Assembly: GCA_963667175.2 (NCBI GenBank) | Contig: CAXXXF010000015.1 | Span: forward strand, 704,001-768,000 | Direction: 5' to 3' | DNA length: 64,000 bases | Source of the DNA: Candidatus Latescibacterota bacterium | GTDB lineage: Bacteria; Latescibacterota; UBA2968; GCA-2709665 | Shown here: piece after piece, positions 1-9,904 of the stretch | Position numbering within the stretch: position 1 is the stretch's first letter | Layout of the letters: each line of letters starts with the position of its first letter | Notes under the pieces: model-generated | The model's input: the letters and a program-made list of their open reading frames with translations, nothing else | Told to the model about the DNA's origin: nothing | Databases searched by the model: none | Position numbers and translations under genes: made by a program

Positions 1-158
1 CGGCCCATGGCATGGTCGGCGCGCGAAAGCGCGAGTACCAAATCGGTGTCCCAGGAAATCTCAGGAGGAAGCGGGTCTGGGACAAATGCGCTGTACCCAC
101 CCGGACATCTGACCGTGCGACCAAGGGGTTGGCTTCGACCATTCTTTCCGGATGTCAT
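1..158 (-). CDS. Fic family protein, N-terminal part (runs off window)
   Basis: Manual translation from ATG 158: MTSGKNGRSQPLGRTVRCPGGYSAFVPDPLPPEISWDTDLVLALSRADHAMG, matching the Fic/DOC N-terminal pattern YxAFVPxPLPP...LSxADxAxG. Not in the ORF track. Confidence 0.75.
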   Translation of the reverse strand, partial: MTSGKNGRSQPLGRTVRCPGGYSAFVPDPLPPEISWDTDLVLALSRADHAMG

Positions 159-164
159 GATCCT

Positions 165-230
165 GCCTTATTATCGATTTAGAAAATAACAACGAGCCTT
201 ATTATCGAAAACTTCATAATTCGATAATAA
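165..230. promoter_or_regulatory. Repeated/inverted operator-like boxes upstream of fic
   Basis: GCCTTATTATCGA at 165-177 and 196-208; inverted TTCGATAATAA at 220-230. Confidence 0.5.
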
Positions 231-495
231 TATAATGCAGGTGAGTCACAAAGAGAAGAACTGGCTTCTCTGGTACCAGCCAGTTCCCCAGTAACGTTAA
301 GCAAAGTTCTATCCGAACGTGCAGAATATCATCCGTTTGAACTCGTAGGTGTCGCAGTTATGTCCGATACTAACAATGCGTGCCTTTTGTTCTCGGTACC
401 TCTCTTGTTTCGACCAATAATCGGAATTTGACCTATAAATTAACGCCAAGGTACTCCAAGTCATCGTCGTCGACCGTGCCTTCGGTCCGCCCGAG

Positions 496-2418
496 TTATT
501 CTAGCGGGTCAATTATCGAGAGTTTTTCCATCTGCTCATCGGAAACCTTTAGTGTGATTTGGAGCCAAGGCGCACACTGCTTGCGGTTCGGCTTGTCAAC
601 GAGAAAAAAACCAATTCCGAAGATATCTCTGTCGTTCGTAAACCCTCCTGATCTCAAACAGCGATTATAGAGTTTGTCGCCATCGTTCTTGATTGCCTCA
701 CGAAGCGTCTGATTGTCATTGGCGTGCATATCTTCTGGCTTAATTTGTTTCAGATGGTCAATTAGCTCGTTGACAAAGGGTCGCCTTAACAGCACCCGAT
801 GACCTACGTTCTGACCGGAACGCGAGGGGATGAGCGTAGCTACGGTCGGCGGATTCATCTCGATCTTCTTGATTCCATCTGTCATGCGTATCCACACAGT
901 GGCATTCGCGTTTATTCCGAAAGCTGGTGCCGTTGGCAACCCAATACGGGAGAGATCTACAAGCGCACGGCGTTGCATATCTTGTGCATACAAAGAGCGA
1001 AATGTACCGAGGAGCTTGTAGTCTTCATGTAGCGATCCTTCTCCATTGACAGGGAATGTCTTTAGATCCTTTGGCTTCCACTGCACACTATAGGGCTTGT
1101 TTTTATAGACGAATAAATCATCTGCAGCTGCGTCTTTGTCATCGAAAGTACATAGTGTACCGCCCATAGTTAGGACGCTCGTCACTTTGATCTTGTTTTT
1201 TCGTGGGACCAAGTCGCAGTCGGGAGTTATTACGGCGCGGATATTGCATTCTTCAGGATGCACATAGAGATCACCAAGTCTGTATCGTTGGCTTTCATCT
1301 GAGAGATGACCGCTGACTCTAACCCTGTGGAATAAGTCTGCGATTATTCGGGACGGTCCTTCGAAAGCGCCCTCGATATTTTCCTCCATGCGTCTTGTGT
1401 CGTCCAAGTTGGAGAACACAGTGTTCCAATTTGTCTTCTCTTCAACCCAACCTTTTAAGCATTCACCAAACAACCATCCCAAATACTCATTGAGCGTAAT
1501 CCCTTCCTCCCGAAGCCTGAAACGCAACAGATACGCGAAGTCCTTTGTATGGAGATCGCCTAGTTCCGAAATGAATGCGTCCAGAGCGCACTCAGCACCT
1601 TCTCTCCACTGTGTAAGTGTTCTCTGAAGCTCCTTACCGAAGAGATAGCCTTGTGTCACGTCCATTAGCGCATTGGCTGCGACGTTTTCGACTCTGATTC
1701 TCTTACCCTTCTGTTGAACCATATTCTTTTGTAGGAATTCAAACCGGACTGCCAAAATCTGTCCCGTGGCATTGTGGCGATATTCACTGACATCATTCGC
1801 AACATCACGGGAGGACATGAGGATTATTGCAGGAATTCCAACGTCCTCCGTATTGTTGACCACGTCATTGAGTAGGTTCAGCGATTCCCGCCGTGCGGCA
1901 CGTGACTTCTCCGGTTCTACTATGCCCACTGGGAGAATATCGCTGTCCAAGAAATAATCTAAGAAGAGAACATCCGGGCGCAATTCCAGATACTTGCTTA
2001 GTCCATCATCTATTCCAGAGGTCCAAACTTGGACGTCATCTCCACATTTGCTTAGCATTTGATAAAGTGGATTAAGGGCGTCGAGCGCGGAGCCCTTGAG
2101 TGATTCAAACTTCAAGTCACGATCTATTCTATCATTTCTTGTCTTGGTGAAATCTCGGTATAGCACGCGATAGACGGTTTCTAATTCTTCGTTTTCAGCG
2201 TCGCCGCCTTTAGCGGCTTCCTCTGCCGCAACAAGCGTCTCTTGTGTTATGCCTAGCTGCAAGCATAATTCACGATTAGTTCCGTCAAGAAAAAAGTCGT
2301 CGAGATCGACTGCTGCATCCTCGTTGAACGCTGGAGGATCGTACGCATCGTCAATTAGAAGGATCTTCGTGATCTCGTTAGACTTAAACGCCTCAATAAT
2401 TCGCTTTTCGTGTACCAT
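496..2418 (-). CDS. Large receiver (REC)-domain protein of the type linked to GHKL-histidine kinase fusions
   Basis: ILLIDD, PDVLFLDY, IILMSS and FLQK receiver-like motifs with an insert; C-terminal LGDLY...VITPDCDL; 2 bp downstream of the kinase gene. Confidence 0.7.
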   Translation of the reverse strand: MVHEKRIIEAFKSNEITKILLIDDAYDPPAFNEDAAVDLDDFFLDGTNRELCLQLGITQETLVAAEEAAKGGDAENEELETVYRVLYRDFTKTRNDRIDRDLKFESLKGSALDALNPLYQMLSKCGDDVQVWTSGIDDGLSKYLELRPDVLFLDYFLDSDILPVGIVEPEKSRAARRESLNLLNDVVNNTEDVGIPAIILMSSRDVANDVSEYRHNATGQILAVRFEFLQKNMVQQKGKRIRVENVAANALMDVTQGYLFGKELQRTLTQWREGAECALDAFISELGDLHTKDFAYLLRFRLREEGITLNEYLGWLFGECLKGWVEEKTNWNTVFSNLDDTRRMEENIEGAFEGPSRIIADLFHRVRVSGHLSDESQRYRLGDLYVHPEECNIRAVITPDCDLVPRKNKIKVTSVLTMGGTLCTFDDKDAAADDLFVYKNKPYSVQWKPKDLKTFPVNGEGSLHEDYKLLGTFRSLYAQDMQRRALVDLSRIGLPTAPAFGINANATVWIRMTDGIKKIEMNPPTVATLIPSRSGQNVGHRVLLRRPFVNELIDHLKQIKPEDMHANDNQTLREAIKNDGDKLYNRCLRSGGFTNDRDIFGIGFFLVDKPNRKQCAPWLQITLKVSDEQMEKLSIIDPLE

Positions 2419-2420
2419 TC

Positions 2421-4775
2421 TTACCTCATTTCAAGCACAAACATGTTAGTGCGTCCCTCGCGGATGCGACCGAACTCAGTATCCATTTGTAGTCTCCAGC
2501 GATGGTATTCAGCCAAATCGCGGGCGATATAGAGCCCCAGTCCTCGGCCTTGGCCGATTGGCTTTGTGGTTATAAATGGTTGGAAAATCCGCTCTAAATT
2601 TTCGCTTGTGACACCGGGTCCGTTGTCCTCAATGGATAGGATTTTGTCTTCAAGATCCACAACTACATTAAGGCTTGGTTTGAGATCCCATTCAAACAGC
2701 TTTTGCTGTTTGAGCCAATAGGCCGCATTAGCGATCAAGTTCTCAAGGATTTGGATTACCATGCCACGCACAGCCTTAATCTTGAAAGGATCTTGAGGAT
2801 GCTCAAAACAGACGGCTATTCCATGACGTTCAAATTCGCGTTCATGGTTTTCAAGGATCTGCCTGACCAGTTCGACGAGATCGAAGTCGGATTTCGTCTG
2901 TCGTTTCTCGCTTGTCAATTCGTCAAACGCAGCAATTCGTTTGTGCAACGTCTTTAGCTGATCTTGAAGCGATTCAATCGTCGTCTGTTGCATTGTCGAG
3001 TCGCGGGAAATTAAATCGATAGTGTGGGTGACGGCCCGCTCAAGCTCGTGAAAAATGAACTCGGTCATTAGTCCGATTCCAGCCAAGTAAACGAATTTCT
3101 CTCTTTCCTCGTCGGCTTCCGAGATTACGCCCTTTACTCGTTCGATGAGGTTCTGAGACTGAATGCTGAGTCTGTTCACGCTTCCGGATAAATTGTCCAT
3201 CTCGGGGGCTGCGGCGGTACCCACGTGCTCGCGCAATCGCTTCAAATCTGCTTCCACGCGCCTTCGTGCATCCGCGACAGTTTTCGTATCCTGCTCAGCT
3301 TCGCGACGCCTAATAAACTCAATGTTGTCAGCTTCGTTTATAAGTCCACGCATTGCGGTATGGACCACCCACATCAAGATTCTTTGCAAGGCACCAAAAG
3401 TATCCGACGTTATCAGTCCTTCGCGGTTAGTCTGTTCCCGAAGAGCCTCATGAGGTGTATCTAGAAGGACTCGTCCGATCATCTGCTGCCGGTTGAGTTT
3501 GAATCCACTCATGCCAAAGGCAGTCTCGTCAAGGGCCAACCAATCATCTTTGGGATCGCCATAGGGTAAAATGCGGAAACCGTGCCGGTAGAGCATCGGC
3601 CCCCCACTCCAGTTCGATATTTCCCGACGGGTTTCGGGAACTTTGGTCGTAAGCCCTTCGACCGCTGTAACGACCCTGCGGTTGTACCAGTAGATGTCAC
3701 AGCTAAAACTCCCGAGTTGCTTAAACGCAAAGGGTCGAACCGGAATTAGCTTGAATGCCGCATGGCCACGTTTTGCGCGTCGCTTCACAGGTTCTTGCGC
3801 GAGCGAATACACCGCTGCGCCCCTTTCGTCAATCTTGCTTTTTCGATGTCGGTACCGATAGTCGATTTCCCCTTTGACGATAGGTGTGTGCCCTTCCATT
3901 CGGAATGTCATGTGGCATACAGCGTGCGCTGCTTGAAGGAGCGGATCGGGAATGGAAGGTACGTGCACCCTCCTACTGTTGTAACGCGCGACAATTAGAC
4001 GATTGGCACTTCCGCGGTCGAACGGATCGATCATCCGTGCAATCCTGCCTTGTAGGATATCAGTAAAGCGGGGCAAATCCCAGTCGGCCTGTAGGGCCGA
4101 GACACGAATTGTTGTCCCCTGCTCACCAGGCTCCGCTTTCTCGTCACCGATTTCAGGTTCTATATTGATCATGTCTGCGTCAACGTCGTCATCACGTGAG
4201 AACAGCGTCCAGTCGATGTCGAGAAGATTCCAATATCGGTCTTCTCTTCTGGCAGTCTTGACTCTCAGTCGGTCTCCCAATCGCATGGCGGATAGGCGAC
4301 CAATACCCTTATCACCTAAATTCTTGGCTCCCTGTAGATTCTCCTTTCGTCGTGAGCTTGTTCCAATTCGCAAGAAGACGCTGGTCAGGTCATTTAGACT
4401 CATTCCATGTCCTGCATCTTTAAACTCGATGTAGTTTAGCTCGTCGTATAGAGATGCAAGAGTCCTGAGGAAGTCTTCCTTCTCCGAACTCTTCTCGAGT
4501 TCATCAAGCATCGTCGCTGATTTGGATTTTTCGACATCAATGAGTTTACCGCGAATGAAGTCCTTGACTTCGGATGGGCTCTTTCCGTCCTCGTTGATTT
4601 GAGTGATTGCATCCAAATAGTCGGAATTGCGCAACTGGACACTTACGTTGATTTCGACACGAGGTGACCGAGCATCTACAGCGTTCTTGATTAGCTCGTA
4701 GATTGCTACGTCATCGGAACTTATCAGTTCTTTCCCAAGTTCCAAAATCGTGCGGGCAGAAAACGTAAAGCTCAT
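2421..4775 (-). CDS. MORC/MutL-like GHKL ATPase fused to a C-terminal histidine kinase
   Basis: N-terminal ELIKNAVDA, DAGHGM, GDKGIGR; C-terminal H-box EFIFHELE, N-box ENLIANA, G1 DNGPGV, F-box FQPFITTK, G2 GRGLGL. No transmembrane segment evident. Confidence 0.85.
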   Translation of the reverse strand: MSFTFSARTILELGKELISSDDVAIYELIKNAVDARSPRVEINVSVQLRNSDYLDAITQINEDGKSPSEVKDFIRGKLIDVEKSKSATMLDELEKSSEKEDFLRTLASLYDELNYIEFKDAGHGMSLNDLTSVFLRIGTSSRRKENLQGAKNLGDKGIGRLSAMRLGDRLRVKTARREDRYWNLLDIDWTLFSRDDDVDADMINIEPEIGDEKAEPGEQGTTIRVSALQADWDLPRFTDILQGRIARMIDPFDRGSANRLIVARYNSRRVHVPSIPDPLLQAAHAVCHMTFRMEGHTPIVKGEIDYRYRHRKSKIDERGAAVYSLAQEPVKRRAKRGHAAFKLIPVRPFAFKQLGSFSCDIYWYNRRVVTAVEGLTTKVPETRREISNWSGGPMLYRHGFRILPYGDPKDDWLALDETAFGMSGFKLNRQQMIGRVLLDTPHEALREQTNREGLITSDTFGALQRILMWVVHTAMRGLINEADNIEFIRRREAEQDTKTVADARRRVEADLKRLREHVGTAAAPEMDNLSGSVNRLSIQSQNLIERVKGVISEADEEREKFVYLAGIGLMTEFIFHELERAVTHTIDLISRDSTMQQTTIESLQDQLKTLHKRIAAFDELTSEKRQTKSDFDLVELVRQILENHEREFERHGIAVCFEHPQDPFKIKAVRGMVIQILENLIANAAYWLKQQKLFEWDLKPSLNVVVDLEDKILSIEDNGPGVTSENLERIFQPFITTKPIGQGRGLGLYIARDLAEYHRWRLQMDTEFGRIREGRTNMFVLEMR

Positions 4776-4785
4776 GGTAGAACCC

Positions 4786-5586
4786 TCACAACATGCATAT
4801 CAGGCACGTGTCCCCATCCGCATCGGTCTGTACTTGCCGGCGGCGATAGACTTCCGCGAGGGTAAGGTCCTCACCTCTTGCTTCCTTCGCAGCCTGACGC
4901 TTGGCGTGTTCGTCCTTAATTGCCTTTACTCGTTCGGGTTGTTCCAGCTGAATAAGCGACTCGCGTTCGCTCCAGGTGAAAGTATTCCCGCTGCCTTCAA
5001 ACGGCTTTTCATAGGATTTCGCCAACTCGTAGAGTTCAGGGTGCCGTTCCTTCAGGCGTACCCATTCGATTTTTTGTTGATAGAAACAGAAGTAACAGCC
5101 CGAACGGGTACGACCCCAGGCCGTATATGGCGGCATTCCGACACCTGAAGACCTGAGAATCTCCTCAATGTCCGCGAGCTTCAGTCCGTCCTCCTGGAAT
5201 GGATATGCGGGCTTGATATTCGGCTTGTGGCTGATGTATCCCGTCCGGTTCTCATCTGCCCTCAGGCCTACGTAATTGATGACCGGATCGTCGCCGACGA
5301 ACTCTTCGAACGGCTTGAGTTTAAGCATCTTGGTACACCATCGACGATGGTTGGAGGGGATCATACCGCCGTAGACTTCGTACCAATGGTCAAAACCCAG
5401 TTCGGCATTCAACCGGTTGACGCGCGTGCCAAGATAGTCTTCGATGCGTTCAAGATACTCGTATGTCTCAGGCAACTCTTTGCCGGTATCCGAAAATACG
5501 TACTCCATATCCGCGACTTTGTCGCGCATATAGATCGCAAGCGCCGCTGAATCCTTGCCCCCTGACAGGCTGAGCACATGCCTCAT
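4786..5586 (-). CDS. sspD: PAPS-reductase family protein, SspD/DndC-like
   Basis: SGGKDS PP-loop, DTGKELPET, RRWCT, RSGCYFC, terminal CLIC; context with DUF4007, ATPase and desulfurase genes. Confidence 0.8.
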   Translation of the reverse strand: MRHVLSLSGGKDSAALAIYMRDKVADMEYVFSDTGKELPETYEYLERIEDYLGTRVNRLNAELGFDHWYEVYGGMIPSNHRRWCTKMLKLKPFEEFVGDDPVINYVGLRADENRTGYISHKPNIKPAYPFQEDGLKLADIEEILRSSGVGMPPYTAWGRTRSGCYFCFYQQKIEWVRLKERHPELYELAKSYEKPFEGSGNTFTWSERESLIQLEQPERVKAIKDEHAKRQAAKEARGEDLTLAEVYRRRQVQTDADGDTCLICML

Positions 5587-5606
5587 GTTTGATCCACCTC
5601 TTGAAG

Positions 5607-8600
5607 TTAAACCTCTGCGGCATTCTTATGAGTGTGTTCTGCATGCGCGTATTCAGCAAGCAACTGTCCAAGTAATTCTACGACGTGAGGGTCGTTACCA
5701 AGCGCTTCACGTAGAGTGCTCAACCGCGGTTCCAGGTACGGATTCGGCCGCTCCCTCTGTACCACCACCACTCGCTCGCGTCCGTCGAGACCGATTGCAT
5801 GCACGCTCGTCAAATCGGCGCGGCGGTTCCGTTTCGTCTTCGCCAGAGCGAGCCATTTGGAAAGACTCTCCGCCACAACGCGAATCTCGAATTCAAACTT
5901 GTCGAGCTCGTCATCTGTCCAATTATCCGGCCGTCGCCCAGTCAGATGCCCTGCGACTCCATCCAGCCACATGTCCTTCGAAAGCTCTTCATTCGTCGCG
6001 CGGTCAAGAAATACACCCAGGCGATAGTCAATGAGGTCGTCACGGTCCGGTGCATATTCGTTTTGTATGTGATTTCGCAACGCACATAAGTCCGGTTCGC
6101 CGAATGCTTGTAGCGCCGCCGTCTCGGCTTTCGACCTGATCAACGGTGTGGCATTTTGAAGTTCAAAGAGCGCGGAGTTGAGTGTTTCGATAAAGTGCTC
6201 AACGTCGACTCTTCCGCTCGCCGTTATTGCGCCACAGGCCGAGGGTAGGTCAACAAAGAACAAACTCCCCGGTTCCGAAGCCTTGCGTAGTTCCGCACGA
6301 ACGGCGGCAGCGGTCTTGGAAACTGAACCGGTCTTGATCGCGTGTGCAGGTAACCCGTTGTACCACGAATAGAGATTTTCCGCTACATTGGCAATCGTTG
6401 GCTGGCACCGACCGATTACTTGCAACCCCGTCGCAAGCGCATCCACAACGCCGCGGCCTTGCACGTTTGCTTGAAGGGATTTTAGCCGGAAGTTGCGTGG
6501 CGACTTGGCCAGCCGCATGAAATGAGCGGCCGTCAGATCAGGCTGGAAACTGTTGCGTTCCATAACGGCGATGTTGTCCCTTGACGCCAGGATAAATGCC
6601 GTGATAACCAGCAAAGCTGGGCCCTCGTGCAGCCCATACGGCGGTATCGCCAATTCGTCTATCAGTTCAGCGAAACTTACGGCTTCACCGGTGTTCAGTC
6701 GGTTTGCAATACACTCCCAAACAGGCATCCAGTGGCATGGATCGTCTGAATCTGGCGCGATAAAGTTGAAATTTCCTCTCGTGTCTTGTCGATGGATTCC
6801 CGTTGCATGGAACATCGACAGGAAGATCGTCCGTTCGGGCGGTGTGCCCTCCATCCCGAGTTGAGGCTGATTCACGCAGGTTAACATTCGATCCAGAAGA
6901 CGGGTCCTGGCGCTTGCGACTGCGGTTGAAAGCCTGGAGCGGTTAATCAACTCGTTCTTGAGAATCGGCGCCTGGTGAAAGGCCTTGTCACATATGTTGC
7001 TGAGGAGGCCACTCAATTCCCCGGGAGGTATGGGAATTGGCTCCCCTCCGAACCACCAAGTTTCTTCGCGAGAGCTACTCGCTGACGACAATAACGCGGT
7101 GGCGTGAGTCAGTGCCTGCTCCGCAGCCGCAATCCGTTCGCTGACTTCAACACGCGCGAGTTCATCGACTTTCAGTTCCTGGCAGTTGTCCTGGATCCAC
7201 CGCCAGACGGCCAACTCATGTGCCCATTTGAGATCCGCGGAAATAACTTTCCTGGCGCAGACGAGCGCCAATGGATCATCTATTACAGTCGAAGAAGCGT
7301 CTCGGAGCACCTTTTCCTTATGATCCCCCGGGTAAACCGGCGCCACAAGTATCAAGCCGTCAGTCTTGCGGCTCCCCGGTTTCTCGCCAGTCCAAAGCTG
7401 AACTTCGAACGTTCTTAGCGTACCTGTCGCGTGATAATGCCGATGTGCGACGGCCGGGCGATTTGAGGTCACAACGGTTGACAAATGGTCGAGCCGTTCC
7501 GGAGCGCGGATCTTCGATTTGGCTTCATCCAGCCAGTGTGAGAGATCTACACTTGAGTTTGACCATAGGCTATAGTCGCCCCGGTGTGGGCGGCGGTAAA
7601 TGAGATTTCGCTTTGCAAGTTCATCCAGTACGGACTGAGCCTTGGCTTCGCCAACGTCCAAGGACCAGGCAATGTTCCGACAGTTGGCGATAAATCCCGG
7701 AACCGGCTCCAGAACCGCCACCAGCGCGACGGTTTTCAAGACAACCAGATAGTCTTGCGAAAGGTCCGAGGCGCCAGCAAGGGCGTCAAAAGCAAGCGAC
7801 CATCGGCGGGCGCGTTCGCCCAGGTTGGCCTCGTTGAAGGTTCCAGCCAGATGATCGAATACCGACGGTACCATGTACCAATGGTCTGGACCATAGGTCG
7901 TGGAGTCGGAGAATCTCTTGAGCCCCGCGGGCTCAAGGGATTGCAGAAAGCCGAATAGAGACCGTTCGTTTTGCCCGAAGCGCCGTATGGCCAAAGAGAG
8001 TGTGATAATGGCGGCCGGGTGGAGTGGATAGAGGCAAGGAGCGATCTCAACCACGTCCTCAAGCGGCGCCACAAAGAGACGTCGGTTTACGGCCTCCTTG
8101 TAAATATCCTTAGCCCGTCGCACTACGTCGTTCGAGTGGCCCTGGCTCGGCACGATCGCACGCGCCAACATGAAGAGTGACTGTTCGATGGATCCTCCGA
8201 ATGCCAACTCTTCATAGCGTTCGGAAGATCGCGACCATTCCGCTTCTATCCATCCGCCCAGTCCGGCGACAAAGTCGGCGAACCTGCGATGCAAAAAACC
8301 AACGATCGCAAGGTTCGCCCCTGCGCGTCCACAGGATCGCTCGGCAACCGCCTGGAATATTGACGGATCCTCTACGTCGATATTGGAGGCAGCATACTCC
8401 AGAAGGAGTCCCATCTCGTCGACCAGGAGCAACAGTCCTTCGCCGGTCTCAGTGCGAACCTGATCGGCAATTTCACCGAGCAACGATGTAACTTCGTGCA
8501 CATCGAGAGAACCCTCTCGATCCAGGAGTGACTTTGCGCGCACCTTGAGTTTGGTAGAAGTGGTACTGGATCTTCGTCCACAGTCGCTGATGAGTACGCG

Positions 8601-8972
8601 CAAAAGCTCCCGCGAAAAACTGACACGGCGTCCGGAGATCATCACAGGTCGCCACCGGCCAACATCGTGAGAATCACCTGTGGCTTCGGACAGCAACGCC
8701 ATCGCGTTTCCGCGAATGCCCTCTCGAAATAGTTGCGCCAAAAATACGCCAAAGGCCGATTTTCCGGTGCCGTAGGGTCCAACAACCCGAAACGCGCGTT
8801 GCCTCGATTCAGGGGATAATCCGGCGAGGATTCGCACCGCAGCCTCGCGGACCGATGGGGTAATAACGTAGCCATCCAGCGCGTCGGGGTCGTCGACGTC
8901 TCGCAGTAAATCCACGGATCGGACGTACCGACGGCGGATTGCAATACGGGAAGCGATGTTTTTCCCGTTCAT
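5607..8972 (-). CDS. sspC: Large P-loop ATPase, SspC-like
   Basis: RSVDL, Walker A GPYGTGKS, Walker B LLLVDEMG, YPLHP, FGQNERSLFGF; 4-bp overlap with the DUF4007 gene. Confidence 0.8.
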   Translation of the reverse strand: MNGKNIASRIAIRRRYVRSVDLLRDVDDPDALDGYVITPSVREAAVRILAGLSPESRQRAFRVVGPYGTGKSAFGVFLAQLFREGIRGNAMALLSEATGDSHDVGRWRPVMISGRRVSFSRELLRVLISDCGRRSSTTSTKLKVRAKSLLDREGSLDVHEVTSLLGEIADQVRTETGEGLLLLVDEMGLLLEYAASNIDVEDPSIFQAVAERSCGRAGANLAIVGFLHRRFADFVAGLGGWIEAEWSRSSERYEELAFGGSIEQSLFMLARAIVPSQGHSNDVVRRAKDIYKEAVNRRLFVAPLEDVVEIAPCLYPLHPAAIITLSLAIRRFGQNERSLFGFLQSLEPAGLKRFSDSTTYGPDHWYMVPSVFDHLAGTFNEANLGERARRWSLAFDALAGASDLSQDYLVVLKTVALVAVLEPVPGFIANCRNIAWSLDVGEAKAQSVLDELAKRNLIYRRPHRGDYSLWSNSSVDLSHWLDEAKSKIRAPERLDHLSTVVTSNRPAVAHRHYHATGTLRTFEVQLWTGEKPGSRKTDGLILVAPVYPGDHKEKVLRDASSTVIDDPLALVCARKVISADLKWAHELAVWRWIQDNCQELKVDELARVEVSERIAAAEQALTHATALLSSASSSREETWWFGGEPIPIPPGELSGLLSNICDKAFHQAPILKNELINRSRLSTAVASARTRLLDRMLTCVNQPQLGMEGTPPERTIFLSMFHATGIHRQDTRGNFNFIAPDSDDPCHWMPVWECIANRLNTGEAVSFAELIDELAIPPYGLHEGPALLVITAFILASRDNIAVMERNSFQPDLTAAHFMRLAKSPRNFRLKSLQANVQGRGVVDALATGLQVIGRCQPTIANVAENLYSWYNGLPAHAIKTGSVSKTAAAVRAELRKASEPGSLFFVDLPSACGAITASGRVDVEHFIETLNSALFELQNATPLIRSKAETAALQAFGEPDLCALRNHIQNEYAPDRDDLIDYRLGVFLDRATNEELSKDMWLDGVAGHLTGRRPDNWTDDELDKFEFEIRVVAESLSKWLALAKTKRNRRADLTSVHAIGLDGRERVVVVQRERPNPYLEPRLSTLREALGNDPHVVELLGQLLAEYAHAEHTHKNAAEV

Positions 8973-9904
8973 GACCAGGCGATCTCCGAGAGTGCGCGTA
9001 AGGGATCCGTGTCGCAGGTCAGGTCTGTACCGCCGGCGCCGTCGCTACGCAGCGCAAGCCGTCGCGACCGCGAGCAGAGTTGCTCGAGACTCTCGTGGAG
9101 GCCAGTTTCGTCCAACAAAAGGACCGGTCCGGGTGCGGCGTACGAGAGCATAAGTGATCGGATAGACAAAGTCAAACTCTCGGGAGCCGTGCACTTCCAG
9201 TAGTCATAGAGTACAAAGCTAAACGCCTTCGAGTCAAGGGAACGTTTCGGACCTCGTAATGGCCGCACGGTCGCAACGCCTGCGGGGTTAGCCAGGCGCA
9301 TGAGTTCAAGTTCCTGTAAAGGGCTATCGAGTGCGTCTTCGGGCGATTCTGCTTTATTTTGATCTTCTACATACGTGCGAAGAAACACATTCACGTGATT
9401 GACTGCGGTTCCGGAAGTAATTGTCTTACGTGTCTCGGATGCCCGTGATCTTACATCAGCGACGAATTGCACCCGCGTAATTTCACGATCCTGGTTCTCC
9501 AGGAAAAACACTGCCCACGCACCCAAACCACCGTGGACGGTCAGCATCCAGTGAAGACGCCAGAGTGCGTCTGGAGTCTCGAGGTACGGATCCATACCAT
9601 CTTTGGGGTCTAACAAATTTCGCGCGAAATCCGTCAAGTACACGTCTCGCTTAACAGTCCGCGTAAGCTTGAAGGCTTCCCCCCAGAAGCGAAGCGACTT
9701 GACCATGTTTCGCCCGAGTCCAAGCCGCAGAATCGCCTTCTCATCTGAAGAGAATAAGGCCGGATCTTCGATTAATGCTTCATATAACTTGGGTAGCCAG
9801 CCGTATCGACAAGCAAACGACTCGTGACCTGAGAAGACGCTCGGGGCTGTGTTCGTTCTCCATCCCATTTCCCTATTATCCCGACTTCGTTCTGCTGCGT
9901 TCAT
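8969..9904 (-). CDS. sspB: DUF4007 family protein, SspB-like
   Basis: FSGHESFACRYGWLPK, LGLGRNMVKSLRFW, DPYLE...LWRLHW, LDSPLQELEL. Confidence 0.85.
   Translation of the reverse strand: MNAAERSRDNREMGWRTNTAPSVFSGHESFACRYGWLPKLYEALIEDPALFSSDEKAILRLGLGRNMVKSLRFWGEAFKLTRTVKRDVYLTDFARNLLDPKDGMDPYLETPDALWRLHWMLTVHGGLGAWAVFFLENQDREITRVQFVADVRSRASETRKTITSGTAVNHVNVFLRTYVEDQNKAESPEDALDSPLQELELMRLANPAGVATVRPLRGPKRSLDSKAFSFVLYDYWKCTAPESLTLSIRSLMLSYAAPGPVLLLDETGLHESLEQLCSRSRRLALRSDGAGGTDLTCDTDPLRALSEIAWS

Noticed and set aside
240-495. Possible gene remnant between the REC gene and fic
   Set aside because: Only short open stretches with no recognisable homology.
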